Below, piece after piece: positions 38,201 through 48,032 of a DNA stretch of 64,000 nucleotides (the stretch's first letter is position 1; each line of letters begins with the position of its first letter). The stretch comes from Deltaproteobacteria bacterium (GTDB taxonomy: Bacteria; Myxococcota; Kuafuiibacteriia; Kuafuiibacteriales; Kuafuiibacteriaceae). The stretch spans positions 224,001 through 288,000 of the forward strand of contig JAVJQW010000043.1 of NCBI GenBank assembly GCA_040218735.1. Direction: 5' to 3'. Under the pieces are notes generated by a model, which saw nothing but the letters and a program-made list of their open reading frames with translations, was not told the origin of the DNA and searched no databases. Both the position numbers and the translations under genes were made by a program.

Positions 38201-40498
38201 CAGTCGGCGGGGCTGTTGCGCTTCGCGCCGCGCCCGCGCGCGCTCGCGTGCCTGTTCTGGGCGTTCTACGGGGACGAGGCGCAGCGCAGGATGTTGCACC
38301 GGCGCTCGATGAGCATGGCGCGCCTCGCCAAGGCGTTCTCTCACCCGCGCGCCGCGCAAGCGCTCGCGGACGACGCCGCGAAGCTCATGACCGCGTTCTT
38401 CGAGGCCCACGCGGTGGTCGCGGAGCCCGCCGACGTCCAGACCGCGGCGCGGTACCTCGCGGAGGAGCTCGGGGTCGAGCAGCCCCGGTTCTCGACGAGT
38501 CAGGAGGCGACGAAGCTCGAGAAGGCGTTTGTCTCGTACCTCGACGTCTCCGGGACGCGCCCCGCGTTCGAGGAGGACCTCGAGACGCTCACCTCCGATC
38601 TCGCGGAGCGCTTCGAGCTCGCGGAGGCTTGGATCGAGGCGTTCCTCGACGCGTCGGAGAAGGTCCAGGATCTCCGTCCGGCGATCCCCGAGGCGGCGGC
38701 GTTGTTCCTCACGGAGCGCGAGCTCGATCGCGAACCGAGCGCGGCGCTCACGAAGGCCTCGGTGGAGGGGCTCCTCGGCCAGCACCCGCGCATCCTCGAT
38801 CAGACGATGCAGCTCCGCATCGACGAGTTCCTCGGGCGCCTCACCGAGTTCGTAAACGTGCGCGTGCCGGCGTACGAGGGGTTCCGACGTGTGCGTCACG
38901 CATTGCTCGAGCGCGAGCGCGAGCGACTGCGTCTGGATGAGTTTACGCCGCGAGTGCTGACTTCGTTCGTCCGCAACAAACTCATCAACGACGTCTACCT
39001 TCCGATGATCGGCGACAACCTCGCCAAGCAGCTCGGCGCTGCGGGGGAGAAGAAGCGCACGGACCTGATGGGTTTGCTGCTGCTCATCTCACCGCCCGGG
39101 TACGGCAAGACGACGCTGATGGAGTACCTCGCGAGTCGGCTCGGGATGGTCTTCATGAAGGTCAACGGGCCTTCGCTGGGGTACGACGTGACTTCGCTGG
39201 ATCCGAACGACGCCCCCAACGCGACGGCGCGTCAGGAGGTCGAGAAGATCAACCTCGCGTTCGAGATGGCGAACAACGTGATGCTGTATCTCGACGACAT
39301 CCAGCACACGAACCCGGAGCTGCTTCAGAAGTTCATCTCGCTGTGTGATGCGCAGCGAAGGATCGAGGGCGTCTGGAAGGGGCGCACGCGAACCTATGAC
39401 CTGCGCGGCAAGAAGTTCGCGGTGGTCATGGCCGGCAACCCGTACACGGAGTCGGGTGAGAAGTTCCAGATCCCGGACATGCTCGCGAACCGCGCCGACA
39501 CCTACAACCTCGGCGACATCCTCGACGGTCGCGAGGAGGTCTTCGCGCTCTCGTACATCGAGAACGCGCTGACTTCGAACGCCGCGCTCGCACCGATCGC
39601 AGCGCGTTCGCTGCCGGACGTGCACCTGTTCATCAAGCTGGCGCAGGGCAAGGAGGTTCCGCAGACGGCGTTCGCGCACTCGTACGCGGCAGTGCAGATC
39701 GAGGAGATCAAGGGCACGCTGCAGCGACTGTTCGAAGTGCAGCGGACGTTGCTGGCGGTGAACCAGGAGTACATCGCGTCGGCGTCGCAGGACGATCGGT
39801 TCCGCACCGAGCCGCGGTTCCAACTGCAGGGCAGCTACCGCAACATGAACAAACTCGCGGAGAAGGTCGTGCCGGCGATGAACGCGGAGGAGCTCGAGGC
39901 GCTCGTCACGGATCACTACGCGGGTGAGTCGCAGACCCTCACGAGCGGCGCGGAGGCGAACATCCTGAAGCTCGCCGAGCTGCGGGACGTGATGACCGAG
40001 GCGCAGGCTGCGCGGTGGGAGCTGATCAAGAAGGAGTTTAGGCGCCTGCAGGTGTCGGGCGCCGCGGACGACGATCCTGTGTCGCGGGTGACCTCGACGC
40101 TCGGCGCGCTCGGCGAGCAGCTCGACGGGATCCGTACGCAGCTCGCGGCGGCCGTGGAGAACCGCGGGGACGACTGGGTGGGCCAGCACGTCTCGCGGCT
40201 CGACGAGGCGGTGAAGGCGCTCGCCACCCCGCAGTCCGTACAGGTGGATCTCGCGCCTCCGGAGGCGCTCGCGCAGGTCCTCACGCAGCAGCTCGCCGCG
40301 CTCGAGCAGACGCTCCTACCGCTGGTGCGCGCATCTGCGCAGAACCAGGACGAGATCCGGGCGATCAAGGCGCCGCTCGTGGAGCTGATCGAGCTGCTCA
40401 AGATCAACGCGCTCACGCCCGGGAACGGGGCACCCGCCAAGAAGCCGGCGAAGAAGAAGCGCGCCTCGGCGTCCGGCGCCGAATCGCCGAAGGCGTAA
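35222..40498 (+). CDS. Large AAA+ ATPase (DUF3686 / so-called DNA repair ATPase family)
   Basis: GGSYEVIRRRL, RTENNCVPRD, Walker A SPPGYGKTT, Walker B LYLDDIQH, PDMLANRAD. Confidence 0.92.
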   Translation: MVDVNAKEEATLEGGSYEVIRRRLLEQAAALGEAAERLNAKRVGTFGGTELAVIGNERVRTENNCVPRDIVNVGGTLLFGYNVFLGLKTETSIDDVFSLHGFTEKDGGGFDLSALPLDSGGGLLSGEEFQRDFAELYKYYKDARLLVVREAEGRLLAVFQTGNTLADIKAFRWAVDKGAPRYIDNRAEKDHTFPPSHDFEWVQTSRDDHVSGRHPHVNILDEVFVETVGGDLTVKVENNTEDGKGIYREPVDDPRQALDDGEIHYAKVGALILLKILPYREETWRYLVFNTRTQQVKRIDAIGQSCVQLPEDHGVVFPGGYYLQTGSSKIFDAEIEDLVFMRSIRAPNGEDVLYVFYHQIDGQYLLLPYNLIRKEVPNPIVCHGFTLFDDGKMLVFRSTSDEPTRVHPMQVWQTPFTSDEFAAKAPTDGSYLAKIGNAELVRGISDAFSVQRLIETDEPTRLTYEDLIASAVRLVDNYYWLGHEESEGLAQILGTIRENAELIVDEFEKVLALKKQAEEALAEAVEQQKDIFRELRPEDWREVKAFLFAMNSLRTQRGHLITLRDVRYIDVEALEGMEAEVVEQFDRVSKYCVEFMLTGEALGPLIAQIDELEAKVGEVEKGTEFAPLVEDLEGLSKGLELLSEVVSGLQIDDATQRTQILESISEVFGHLNRARATLTSKKKSMLSAEGRAEFGAQFKLLGQAVASSLAMADSPDKCDEQLSRLMVQLEDLEARFSEFDEFLADLAAKREEIYEAFGGKKQQLLDERNRRATNLATAADRILSGVARRVKSFKADDELNAYFASDAMVMKLRQLVEQLRALGDSVKADDVEARVKSAKQDAVRNLRDKIDLFAEGDDIISFGQHKFTVNTQSFELTMVPRGDQMALHLTGTDFYETITDEAFAKTREFWDQHLVSETKDVYRGEYLAASMLFDAEVGNKGLSIEKLVEASHDTTSLVELVRTYAADRYEEGYERGLHDADTAKILEKLLSIWQSAGLLRFAPRPRALACLFWAFYGDEAQRRMLHRRSMSMARLAKAFSHPRAAQALADDAAKLMTAFFEAHAVVAEPADVQTAARYLAEELGVEQPRFSTSQEATKLEKAFVSYLDVSGTRPAFEEDLETLTSDLAERFELAEAWIEAFLDASEKVQDLRPAIPEAAALFLTERELDREPSAALTKASVEGLLGQHPRILDQTMQLRIDEFLGRLTEFVNVRVPAYEGFRRVRHALLERERERLRLDEFTPRVLTSFVRNKLINDVYLPMIGDNLAKQLGAAGEKKRTDLMGLLLLISPPGYGKTTLMEYLASRLGMVFMKVNGPSLGYDVTSLDPNDAPNATARQEVEKINLAFEMANNVMLYLDDIQHTNPELLQKFISLCDAQRRIEGVWKGRTRTYDLRGKKFAVVMAGNPYTESGEKFQIPDMLANRADTYNLGDILDGREEVFALSYIENALTSNAALAPIAARSLPDVHLFIKLAQGKEVPQTAFAHSYAAVQIEEIKGTLQRLFEVQRTLLAVNQEYIASASQDDRFRTEPRFQLQGSYRNMNKLAEKVVPAMNAEELEALVTDHYAGESQTLTSGAEANILKLAELRDVMTEAQAARWELIKKEFRRLQVSGAADDDPVSRVTSTLGALGEQLDGIRTQLAAAVENRGDDWVGQHVSRLDEAVKALATPQSVQVDLAPPEALAQVLTQQLAALEQTLLPLVRASAQNQDEIRAIKAPLVELIELLKINALTPGNGAPAKKPAKKKRASASGAESPKA

Positions 40499-40596
40499 CG
40501 CGCCCGTTGCCGTTTCTGCGCTTCACGCAGAATTCGTTCGATCGAGGGCCCCCGCCTAAAGTCGGTGGGCTCGGCCTGGCGTTTGCTTTATGAAGG

Positions 40597-40929
40597 GTGA
40601 ACACCTTGCGGATCCGAAGAATACGAACGCTCACCCTCGCGGCGGGGTTGGTGCTCGCTACGGCGTGCGCGGATCCCGTCGATCCGCCCCGGGAGAAGCC
40701 CGACGCCGGTCCCACCGTGCGCGACGCCGGCACAGACGAGACCCCGCGCGACGGCGGCCCCAACGGGGGCCCGACGCACGTCCTCGAGACGTCCAACCTC
40801 GCCCCGGCGGCCGAATCCGCCAGCGCCGGTGACTACCGCATCCGCGGTCACCTCCGCAGCAGTGAGGTCCGCCAAGCCGACAACGGCAACCAACAGATCC
40901 GCGGCGGGTTCGTCCCGCTCAGCCGCTGA
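40597..40929 (+). CDS. Small lipoprotein
   Basis: LATAC lipobox, DAG/DGG linker, short beta-rich C-terminus ending IRGGFVP. Confidence 0.7.
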   Translation: MNTLRIRRIRTLTLAAGLVLATACADPVDPPREKPDAGPTVRDAGTDETPRDGGPNGGPTHVLETSNLAPAAESASAGDYRIRGHLRSSEVRQADNGNQQIRGGFVPLSR

Positions 40930-40956
40930 ACGACCCCGACCAAGAGAGCCCATACG

Positions 40957-42672
40957 ATGAAGAAGTCGATTTCCACTCTGCTCAGCCTCGCGCTTCTCGC
41001 GCCCGCCACAGCCCTCGCCGTCGAGCTGCCCTTCGAGGCGTTCGTCACGCAGACCGACGAGACGCCGGTGAACGGCATGTTCGACGTCGAGCTTCGGATC
41101 TACGACGAGGCCGGCACGGTCCTCTTCGAAGAGACGCAGACCACGATGATCATGGACGGGTTCCTCTTCCTGAACGTCGGCGCGAGCACCGAGCTCGACC
41201 CGGCTGTGTTCTCGATGGCGATGGGTGAGCTGTTCCTGGGCCTCACGCTCGCCGGCGAAGAAGAGTTCTCGCCGCGCTTCCGCATCGGGATGGTGCCGTA
41301 CGCGGTCCACGCGCTGACCACGGACGACCAAGGCCTCATGGGCCCCACCGGTCCGACCGGTCCCGCCGGCGCCGACGGCGCGGAGGGGCCGCAGGGCCCC
41401 GCCGGTCCGACGGGCCCCGCGGGCGCCGACGGCGCACCGGGCGCGGATGGCGCGGACGGCGCCGTGGGCCCGGCGGGTGCGATCGGTCCGGCCGGTCCGA
41501 CGGGTCCGCAGGGCGCCGCCGGTCCGCAGGGTGCCCCGGGCGCCGCCGGAGCGACGGGTCCGCAGGGCGCCGCCGGTCCGCAGGGTGCCGCCGGGCCCGC
41601 CGGCGCGACCGGTGCCGTCGGTCCGCAGGGCCCCGCGGGCGCCGTGGGTCCGCAGGGTCCGGCCGGCGGTTTGGGTCCGATCGGCCCCGTGGGTCCGCAG
41701 GGTCCGCAGGGGGCGACCGGAGCGGTCGGCCCGCAGGGCCCCGTCGGCCTGACCGGTGCGCGTGGCCCCACTGGTCCCATCGGTCCGGTTGGCGCGGTCG
41801 GTGCGGTCGGTCCCGCCGGTCCGCAGGGTGCGGTCGGCCCCGCCGGCGCCGTGGGGCCGCAGGGCCCCGCGGGTCCGATGGGTGCGCTCGGCCCGGCCGG
41901 CCCCATCGGTCCGCAGGGCCCCGCCGGTCCGACCGGTGCGATGGGTCCGCAGGGGGCGGTCGGCCCCGCCGGCGCCGTGGGCCCGGCGGGCCCCGCCGGC
42001 GCTGATGGAGCGATCGGTCCGCGCGGCCCCGCTGGTCCTCAGGGTGCCGTCGGCCCCGCGGGCGCTGTCGGCCCGGCTGGTCCCATCGGTCCCGCCGGCC
42101 CCGTTGGTCCCGCGGGTGCGGTTGGCCCGATCGGTCCGCAGGGTGCGACCGGTGCGGTCGGTGCTCGTGGCCCCATCGGGCCTCAGGGTGCCGTTGGCGC
42201 CGCTGGCCCGGCTGGTCCCGCCGGTCCGGCGGGCCCCATCGGTCCGCAGGGTGCGACCGGTGCGGTCGGTCCCCGCGGCTTCGTCGGTCCGCAGGGCGCC
42301 ACGGGTCCGCAGGGCCCCGCCGGGGCGGATGGCGCCGATGGTGCGGTCGGCGCGCGTGGCCCGATCGGTCCGCAGGGTCCGCAGGGTGTCCAAGGGCCGG
42401 CCGGCGTGCCGTGCACCAACTGCGTCGGGCGCGCGTCGCTCAACGGCGCCGAGCCGCTGCTCTACCAGCAGCCGGCGGGCTGCGCGAACGCGGGCGGGAT
42501 CTACTCCGCGAACGCGTCGTGCACGACGGTCCAGTGTGGCATCTGTCCGATCCAGACCGCCGTCATCCCGACGTACTTCACGTGCGCGGGCGTCTGCCAG
42601 AGCTGCGGAAGCGCGCAGCAGTGCACGCGGTCGACGATCGGCTACCTGCTCAGCACCGCGATCGGGAACTGA
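40957..42672 (+). CDS. Secreted collagen-like protein with Cys-rich C-terminal domain
   Basis: Signal peptide, N-domain ending [11 protein letters not shown], 120 Gly-X-Y triplets, Cys-rich tail. Confidence 0.95.
   Translation: MKKSISTLLSLALLAPATALAVELPFEAFVTQTDETPVNGMFDVELRIYDEAGTVLFEETQTTMIMDGFLFLNVGASTELDPAVFSMAMGELFLGLTLAGEEEFSPRFRIGMVPYAVHALTTDDQGLMGPTGPTGPAGADGAEGPQGPAGPTGPAGADGAPGADGADGAVGPAGAIGPAGPTGPQGAAGPQGAPGAAGATGPQGAAGPQGAAGPAGATGAVGPQGPAGAVGPQGPAGGLGPIGPVGPQGPQGATGAVGPQGPVGLTGARGPTGPIGPVGAVGAVGPAGPQGAVGPAGAVGPQGPAGPMGALGPAGPIGPQGPAGPTGAMGPQGAVGPAGAVGPAGPAGADGAIGPRGPAGPQGAVGPAGAVGPAGPIGPAGPVGPAGAVGPIGPQGATGAVGARGPIGPQGAVGAAGPAGPAGPAGPIGPQGATGAVGPRGFVGPQGATGPQGPAGADGADGAVGARGPIGPQGPQGVQGPAGVPCTNCVGRASLNGAEPLLYQQPAGCANAGGIYSANASCTTVQCGICPIQTAVIPTYFTCAGVCQSCGSAQQCTRSTIGYLLSTAIGN
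41332..42411 (+). repeat. Collagen Gly-X-Y repeat (1080 bp, 120 triplets)
   Basis: Uninterrupted from GLM to GVP. Confidence 0.95.
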
Positions 42673-43458
42673 TCACTCCGCCTCGCCGCGCGCGACCCCC
42701 GCGAGGACGCGCGCGGCCCCGTCCAAACCGAGCACCTGCAGCCGTGTGACGTGCGCGGCGCGCTCGGGTGCGCCCTCGGCTGCAGGCCACGGCTCGGCGT
42801 CGTCGAAGGCCGCGAACCCCGAGCTGCTCCGGTACAGATAACGCGCGTCGCGCACCTTCACGAACGTGAGGAACAGCGGCGCGAGTCGACGGAGCTCGTC
42901 GTCGCCGAGCCGCTCCGTCCGCCACACCTTGGGAGCCCACCCCGTGTGATCGACCCACGCGAGCCACTGCTGCTCGCCGGGCCGCCGCACCACCCAGCTC
43001 ACGGTGTCCGCGACCTCTTCGTTCACGTCGAGGTGACGACTCCCGACCACGCGCCACGCGTCGTCGCCGACGAGGAACGCGCCGTCGAGCGGCTCCCCGC
43101 TCTCGGCCGCGAGGGCCAAGGTCATCGGCGATTGGTCGGGGCGCTCCGACGTGTACAGGCACACCAGCCAGAGGTTCGGCCGTCTCTTGCCGTCGGCGCG
43201 GACACTACAGGTGGCGCGCCAGACCACGCCGGCAGCGTCCGAGATCTCCAGCGTGTCGTCGCGCTCCGCGTGGTAGTGCGTGCCGCTGCTCGCCCAGCCG
43301 CGTTGGACCCGGCGGTCGGTGTCGAGCGCGTAGCCCTCCAGGTTCCCGCCCCCGAACCCCGGCGTCTCGAGTGGCACGGGCCGGGCGTCCACGGCGAAGC
43401 CCGGCGGCTTCTGCGCCGAGACACACGCGGTGAGGAGGAGGAGGGCGATCACGCCCAT
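42673..43458 (-). CDS. Hypothetical lipoprotein
   Basis: MGVIALLLLTAC lipobox; start could be 43473. Confidence 0.7.
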   Translation of the reverse strand: MGVIALLLLTACVSAQKPPGFAVDARPVPLETPGFGGGNLEGYALDTDRRVQRGWASSGTHYHAERDDTLEISDAAGVVWRATCSVRADGKRRPNLWLVCLYTSERPDQSPMTLALAAESGEPLDGAFLVGDDAWRVVGSRHLDVNEEVADTVSWVVRRPGEQQWLAWVDHTGWAPKVWRTERLGDDELRRLAPLFLTFVKVRDARYLYRSSSGFAAFDDAEPWPAAEGAPERAAHVTRLQVLGLDGAARVLAGVARGEAE

Positions 43459-43531
43459 CTTCGGGAAGAACACGCGTCCTCAGTTGCCACACGGTCTGGT
43501 TCGCTCCCATTTTTTTGGTAGCGTGACCCTG

Positions 43532-45205
43532 GTGCGCCGCCTCGTCCTCGCCGCGTTGCTCGCGACCGCGTGTGACGCGAGGACGACGACGCAGGTGGTC
43601 GTGGTCCTGCACGCCGAGCCGGCGGTGCGCGACGCCGCGGTTCAACTCGCGGTGATCGTCGAGGGTCCGGACGGGCGCGCGGTCGTGGACCGCGTCGACC
43701 CGCTGCCCGGCTCCAACGTCGGTGCGCTCGCGCGGATCCCGATCGTCCCGAACGGCGGCGATGTGAGTCGCACGTTCCGCGTGCGCGCGACGCTCCTCGA
43801 CGCCGCGGGTTCCACGGTCGCCGAGGTCGAGGTCGACGCAGGCTACGTGAAGGACGAGCTGCGTGAAGTCCACGCGTGGTTCGACGACGCTTGCCTCGGC
43901 GTCCTCGACTGCGGCGAAGGACGAACCTGCGTTCGCGGCGCGTGCGTCGGCGCGTGCCACGCCGCCGGCGAAGTCGGCGCGGACCGCACCGACCCGGAGT
44001 GTGGCGCGTGTGAGCGGTGTGTGGACCTGAGCTGCACGCCGATCGAAGACGGAACGCCGTGCGCGTGCACCGCTACGGATCGGTGCGCCGCCGGCGCGTG
44101 TGTCACCGGCCAACCGATCAACGGCGTCTTCGCCGGCAACGTACACACGTGCGCCGGCGTGCAGGGCGGGAGCTTCTTCTGCTGGGGGAACAACCGCGTC
44201 GGGCAGCTCGGTCACGCCGCCGGTTCGACGACGTCGCCGGTGCGCCTCGAGGTCTCCGGCTGGTCGGCGGCGACGGCGGCCTCCGATCACACGTGTATGT
44301 TCGACCATGGCGGTGGCCGAAAGTGTTGGGGGTGGAACGGATCGGCCAACCTCGGGCTCGGCGTCGCGGAGAACCAGCGCTACACGGAGCCCACGGAGCC
44401 GCCCGCGGCGGAGCCGGAGTGGGCCGAGCTCGCGTCGGGCTGGTTTCACACCTGCGCGTTGCGGCGCGGGGGGGAGCTCGCGTGTTGGGGCAACAACGCC
44501 AACGCGGCGTGTGCCGTGCCGGACGAAGGGGAGCCGGTGCTCGCACCGCGCGACGTCGCGGATCGCAGTGATTGGGTCGCGGTCGCGGCGGGTGGCTTCC
44601 ACAGCTGCGGGCTGGACCGTTCGGGGCGCATCTACTGCTGGGGCCTGAACGCCTCCGGCGAGCTCGGCGTCGGCGACAACGCGCTCCGCGACGCACCGAC
44701 GCAGACGGGCTGCGTCGACGGGGTGTGCTTCGACGACTGGACGGCGATCGGCGCCGGCTCGTTCCACACCTGTGCGATCCGCGACGACGGATCGATGTGG
44801 TGCTGGGGCGGCGGGCTCAACGGGCAGCTCGGCGTCGGCCCGCTCAACATGGACAACGCGCTCGAGCCGCAGCGCATCGAAGTCGGTGGGTGGCGCGCGG
44901 TCGACGGCGGCGCGTCGCACACCTGCGCGATCCGCGAGGACCGCGGGTTGTACTGCTTCGGTCGCAACGAAGAAGGGCAGCTCGGCCTCGGCGACGTCCT
45001 CCGCCGCGACGTCCCCGACCGCGTCGGCGACGCGACGTACATCCGCGTCTCCGCCGGTCGCCAGCACACGTGCGCGATCCGCGAGGACCGCACGCTGTGG
45101 TGCTGGGGGCGGAACGAAGCGGGTCAGCTCGGCTTGGGGTTCGCGACGCCCGACGAGTCACCCCCGGTCACGTCACCGCGTCGGGTCTGTTTCCCGCCCG
45201 ACTGA
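43532..45205 (+). CDS. RCC1/BLIP-II repeat lipoprotein with Cys-rich linker
   Basis: LATAC; repeated G..HTCA...CWG.N..GQLG. Confidence 0.93.
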   Translation: MRRLVLAALLATACDARTTTQVVVVLHAEPAVRDAAVQLAVIVEGPDGRAVVDRVDPLPGSNVGALARIPIVPNGGDVSRTFRVRATLLDAAGSTVAEVEVDAGYVKDELREVHAWFDDACLGVLDCGEGRTCVRGACVGACHAAGEVGADRTDPECGACERCVDLSCTPIEDGTPCACTATDRCAAGACVTGQPINGVFAGNVHTCAGVQGGSFFCWGNNRVGQLGHAAGSTTSPVRLEVSGWSAATAASDHTCMFDHGGGRKCWGWNGSANLGLGVAENQRYTEPTEPPAAEPEWAELASGWFHTCALRRGGELACWGNNANAACAVPDEGEPVLAPRDVADRSDWVAVAAGGFHSCGLDRSGRIYCWGLNASGELGVGDNALRDAPTQTGCVDGVCFDDWTAIGAGSFHTCAIRDDGSMWCWGGGLNGQLGVGPLNMDNALEPQRIEVGGWRAVDGGASHTCAIREDRGLYCFGRNEEGQLGLGDVLRRDVPDRVGDATYIRVSAGRQHTCAIREDRTLWCWGRNEAGQLGLGFATPDESPPVTSPRRVCFPPD

Positions 45206-46732
45206 CGCGTCGGGGTGGCGCCCCGTGGGCTCCGAGAAGGTGGTGTCCTCGACGACGTACTGAACCTGGCGCCCGCTTTTCTGCACCTCACACGCGCCCG
45301 CGTCGGTGAGCTCTCGCAAGGCAGCTTGCGCGGCTCGCAACGACACACCCGCGGCTTCGGCGATCTGCTTCGCCGTGGCGCCTCGGTGCTGGGCGACGAC
45401 GCGCAGCAGACTGTCGGGGAGCGGCGGCGTGCAGCGTGGATCCGGGACGAGCAGGGAGCGCACCAGCTCGATGCGGAGCTGCCCGCCCTCCCGCACGATG
45501 CGCGCGGCGTCCTGCACGTACTCACGCGCGCGGTGCAGGAGGACGTCGAAGACCCCCTTGTGGACCTCCGCGTCGTACGGGAAGCCGTACACCGTCTCGA
45601 AGCACGCCGTGTCTTCGATGCCCTCTAGCGTGAGGAGCAAGAGGCTCACGAGGATCTCCACGCGTCCCTGCTTTCGGCGACTCTGCGGGAGCGCGACGAC
45701 CCCGAGCCGGTCCGTCAGGCCGTGACCGAGCCGCAGCACACGTCGGCGATCGCTCGGTCGCGCGACGACGTAGACGAGCGCCGACTCGTCCGCGGGTGCG
45801 CTGCCGGTGCGGGTCAACAGCCCCGTGAGCACGCCGGGGACGTCGTCGGTGTCGCCGCGACACCACGGTGTGCATCCGGCGCGGGGTTGTCGCTCGGGAT
45901 CCAAGACGGCGACGAGCTCCGCGATCTCCTCCGCGAAGGGGGATCGCACGGGGAGCCCGGCGAGAGTCCGCTCCGCCGCTTCGAAGGCACCTCGGTCCGC
46001 GCGCTCCGCCGCGAACAGGAGCGCGACGAACGCGTTCGCCCACGCGTCGTCGTGTTCGAGCTTCGCCGCGATCTCCAACGCGCCGCTCGCCGCGAGCTCG
46101 GCCGCGAGCCACGGTCGCCACGTCGCGGGCGCGACGCGAGCGAGTGCTTCGAGGATGCGCGTCGCGAGGTGCGGGTGCCCGACGGTGCGACGCACGCGCG
46201 CGAGGACGAGGTGCGCGAGGTACTCCGACTGGAAGAATCCTTCGGTGCGCGCCATGCGCGAAGCGCGGCGCGAAGTCGAGACCGCCGCGTCGTGTTCACC
46301 GATCGCGAGGAGCGCGAGCGCGCGCAGCGCCGCGGCGTCGACGACGGTTGCGCCGTACCCCGCGCTCGCGGCGCGGGCCTCGACGTCGGGCGCGACCTCG
46401 ACGACCTCCGCGAAGGCTCCGGCGGCGATGTCGCGCCAGAGCCCGGCGGCGTCCCGGCGTGGCCCCTCGGGGATCCGCGGGATCCATCGATCCATCGCGG
46501 CGCGGTCGTTGGTGAGGAAGGCGTGGCGAACCACCTCCTCCGCGACGAGGCCGACGGCGACGGGGTCGTCGATCGCCGCGTCCCACGGCGGTGGACCGAC
46601 GGGGCGGGCGGCGTAGCGGGCGGTGGCGAACGCGACGCGCCAGGCGTCGGACGGGGGATCGCCGAGTCGCGAGAAGTCGCCGCGGGTCGCACGTCGGTAC
46701 GCCTCCTCACCTCCACGCGACGTCATCGACAC
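45173..46732 (-). CDS. TPR-like protein with C-terminal winged HTH (putative regulator)
   Basis: Helical repeats; VFDVLLHRAR (OmpR-like wHTH) and ATAKQIAEAAGVSLRAAQAALREL...G (HTH). Confidence 0.7.
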   Translation of the reverse strand: MSMTSRGGEEAYRRATRGDFSRLGDPPSDAWRVAFATARYAARPVGPPPWDAAIDDPVAVGLVAEEVVRHAFLTNDRAAMDRWIPRIPEGPRRDAAGLWRDIAAGAFAEVVEVAPDVEARAASAGYGATVVDAAALRALALLAIGEHDAAVSTSRRASRMARTEGFFQSEYLAHLVLARVRRTVGHPHLATRILEALARVAPATWRPWLAAELAASGALEIAAKLEHDDAWANAFVALLFAAERADRGAFEAAERTLAGLPVRSPFAEEIAELVAVLDPERQPRAGCTPWCRGDTDDVPGVLTGLLTRTGSAPADESALVYVVARPSDRRRVLRLGHGLTDRLGVVALPQSRRKQGRVEILVSLLLLTLEGIEDTACFETVYGFPYDAEVHKGVFDVLLHRAREYVQDAARIVREGGQLRIELVRSLLVPDPRCTPPLPDSLLRVVAQHRGATAKQIAEAAGVSLRAAQAALRELTDAGACEVQKSGRQVQYVVEDTTFSEPTGRHPDASVGRETDPTR

Positions 46733-46739
46733 GGCGCGA

Positions 46740-46746
46740 TATCATA
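46740..46746. promoter_or_regulatory. Overlapping divergent -10 boxes (TATCAT on +, TATGAT on -)
   Basis: 9 nt before TTG 46755 and 8 nt before GTG 46732, within a 22-bp gap. Confidence 0.5.
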
Positions 46747-46754
46747 GCGCCGCC

Positions 46755-48032
46755 TTGGCTCCCACTCCGCCCAGCGCCGCGTTCGGTGAGGCTTCGTACC
46801 ACCGGCTCTTCGATCTGGCGCAGGGCGGGATGGGGCGCGTCGAGCTCGTGGTGCGCAGCGAGGGGACGTTCAAGCGCCTCTACGCGGTGAAGCGCCTCCT
46901 CGAAGGGCTCCGCTCCGACGAGGCCGTGCGTCAGGCGTTCCTCGACGAGGCGCGGATCGCCGGGCTCGTTCGGCACCCGAACGTGGTGCCCGTGCTGGAC
47001 GTCGGCGAGGACGAGCGCGGCCCCTACCTCGTGATGGACTACGTGGAGGGGGTGTCGGTCGCCGATCTGATGCGCGCGTCCGTTCGGGCGCGGCGCCAGG
47101 TTCCGCTGCAAGTTTGCTTGCGCATCGTTGCGCAGGCCGCGGAGGGGCTCCACGCCGCGCACATGTTGACCGGCGAAGACGGCGCATCGTTGAAGCTCGT
47201 GCACCGTGACGTGTCGCCGCCGAACATCCTCGTGGGTTTCGACGGGATCGTGCGGGTCACGGACTTCGGTGTCGCGAAGGCGCTGGGCCGACTGAGCCAC
47301 ACCCACGGCGCGGTGCTCAAAGGGAAGCTCGGCTACATGTCACCGGAGCAGCTGCGCTTCGAGCCGATCGATCATCGCTCGGATCTGTTCGCGCTCGGTG
47401 TGGTGCTGTTCGAGATGCTCGCGGGGCGTCGGCTCTACCGGAACAAGGAGGAGACCGAAGGCACCCGCCGCCTCCTCGCCGAGCCGCCGCCGGACATCGG
47501 CGAGGAGCGCGACGACGCCCCGCCGGCGCTGGTGCAGCTGTTGTTCTCGATGCTCGCGAAGAAGGCGGAGCACCGCCCCTCGACCGCGCGCGAAGTACGC
47601 AAGCGGTTGGAGGAGATGGTGGCCGCCCTCGTCGCCGAGGAGGGCCCGATCGAGGTCGCGGAGTTCCTCGCCGCGACGATGTCCAAGGACCAGGAGGAAC
47701 AGGCCGCCCGCATCACGCACGCGATGTCGGACGTCGGCGAGCGGCAGAAGACCGCCGTACGTCGACGGTGGCCGCTCGTGGTCGCGACGGGGGTGGCGGT
47801 CGCGGTCGTCGCGGTGCTCGTCGCGAAGTCCGCGCCCGAACCGGCGCCGCCTCCGCCTCCGCCTCCGCCGCCGGTGAGCGCGGCGCTCCCGCCTCCGCCC
47901 GTCGAGCCGCCGCCCGCGGTCGAGCCGCAGCCCGAGGTCGAGGAGCCGGCGCCGCCGAAGCGGACGAAGCGGCGTCGTAAGAAGACGAAGCCGAAGCGCG
48001 AGGACGGCGTGCCGATGTGGGAGTGGGAGTGA
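46755..48032 (+). CDS. Membrane Ser/Thr protein kinase
   Basis: QGGMG, AVK, HRDVSPPN, DFG, YMSPE, TM, Pro-rich tail. Confidence 0.95.
   Translation: MAPTPPSAAFGEASYHRLFDLAQGGMGRVELVVRSEGTFKRLYAVKRLLEGLRSDEAVRQAFLDEARIAGLVRHPNVVPVLDVGEDERGPYLVMDYVEGVSVADLMRASVRARRQVPLQVCLRIVAQAAEGLHAAHMLTGEDGASLKLVHRDVSPPNILVGFDGIVRVTDFGVAKALGRLSHTHGAVLKGKLGYMSPEQLRFEPIDHRSDLFALGVVLFEMLAGRRLYRNKEETEGTRRLLAEPPPDIGEERDDAPPALVQLLFSMLAKKAEHRPSTAREVRKRLEEMVAALVAEEGPIEVAEFLAATMSKDQEEQAARITHAMSDVGERQKTAVRRRWPLVVATGVAVAVVAVLVAKSAPEPAPPPPPPPPPVSAALPPPPVEPPPAVEPQPEVEEPAPPKRTKRRRKKTKPKREDGVPMWEWE

Noticed and set aside
32836-40189. Long antisense ORFs opposite the flotillin and ATPase genes
   Set aside because: Typical high-GC3 shadow frames with no motifs.
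35222-40498. DNA repair function implied by the family name
   Set aside because: No nuclease, helicase or DNA-binding motif is visible, and the context is membrane/flotillin.
41100-41906. Antisense collagen-like ORF
   Set aside because: GGN-CCN codons mirror into Gly/Pro on the other strand; it is a shadow of the real collagen gene.
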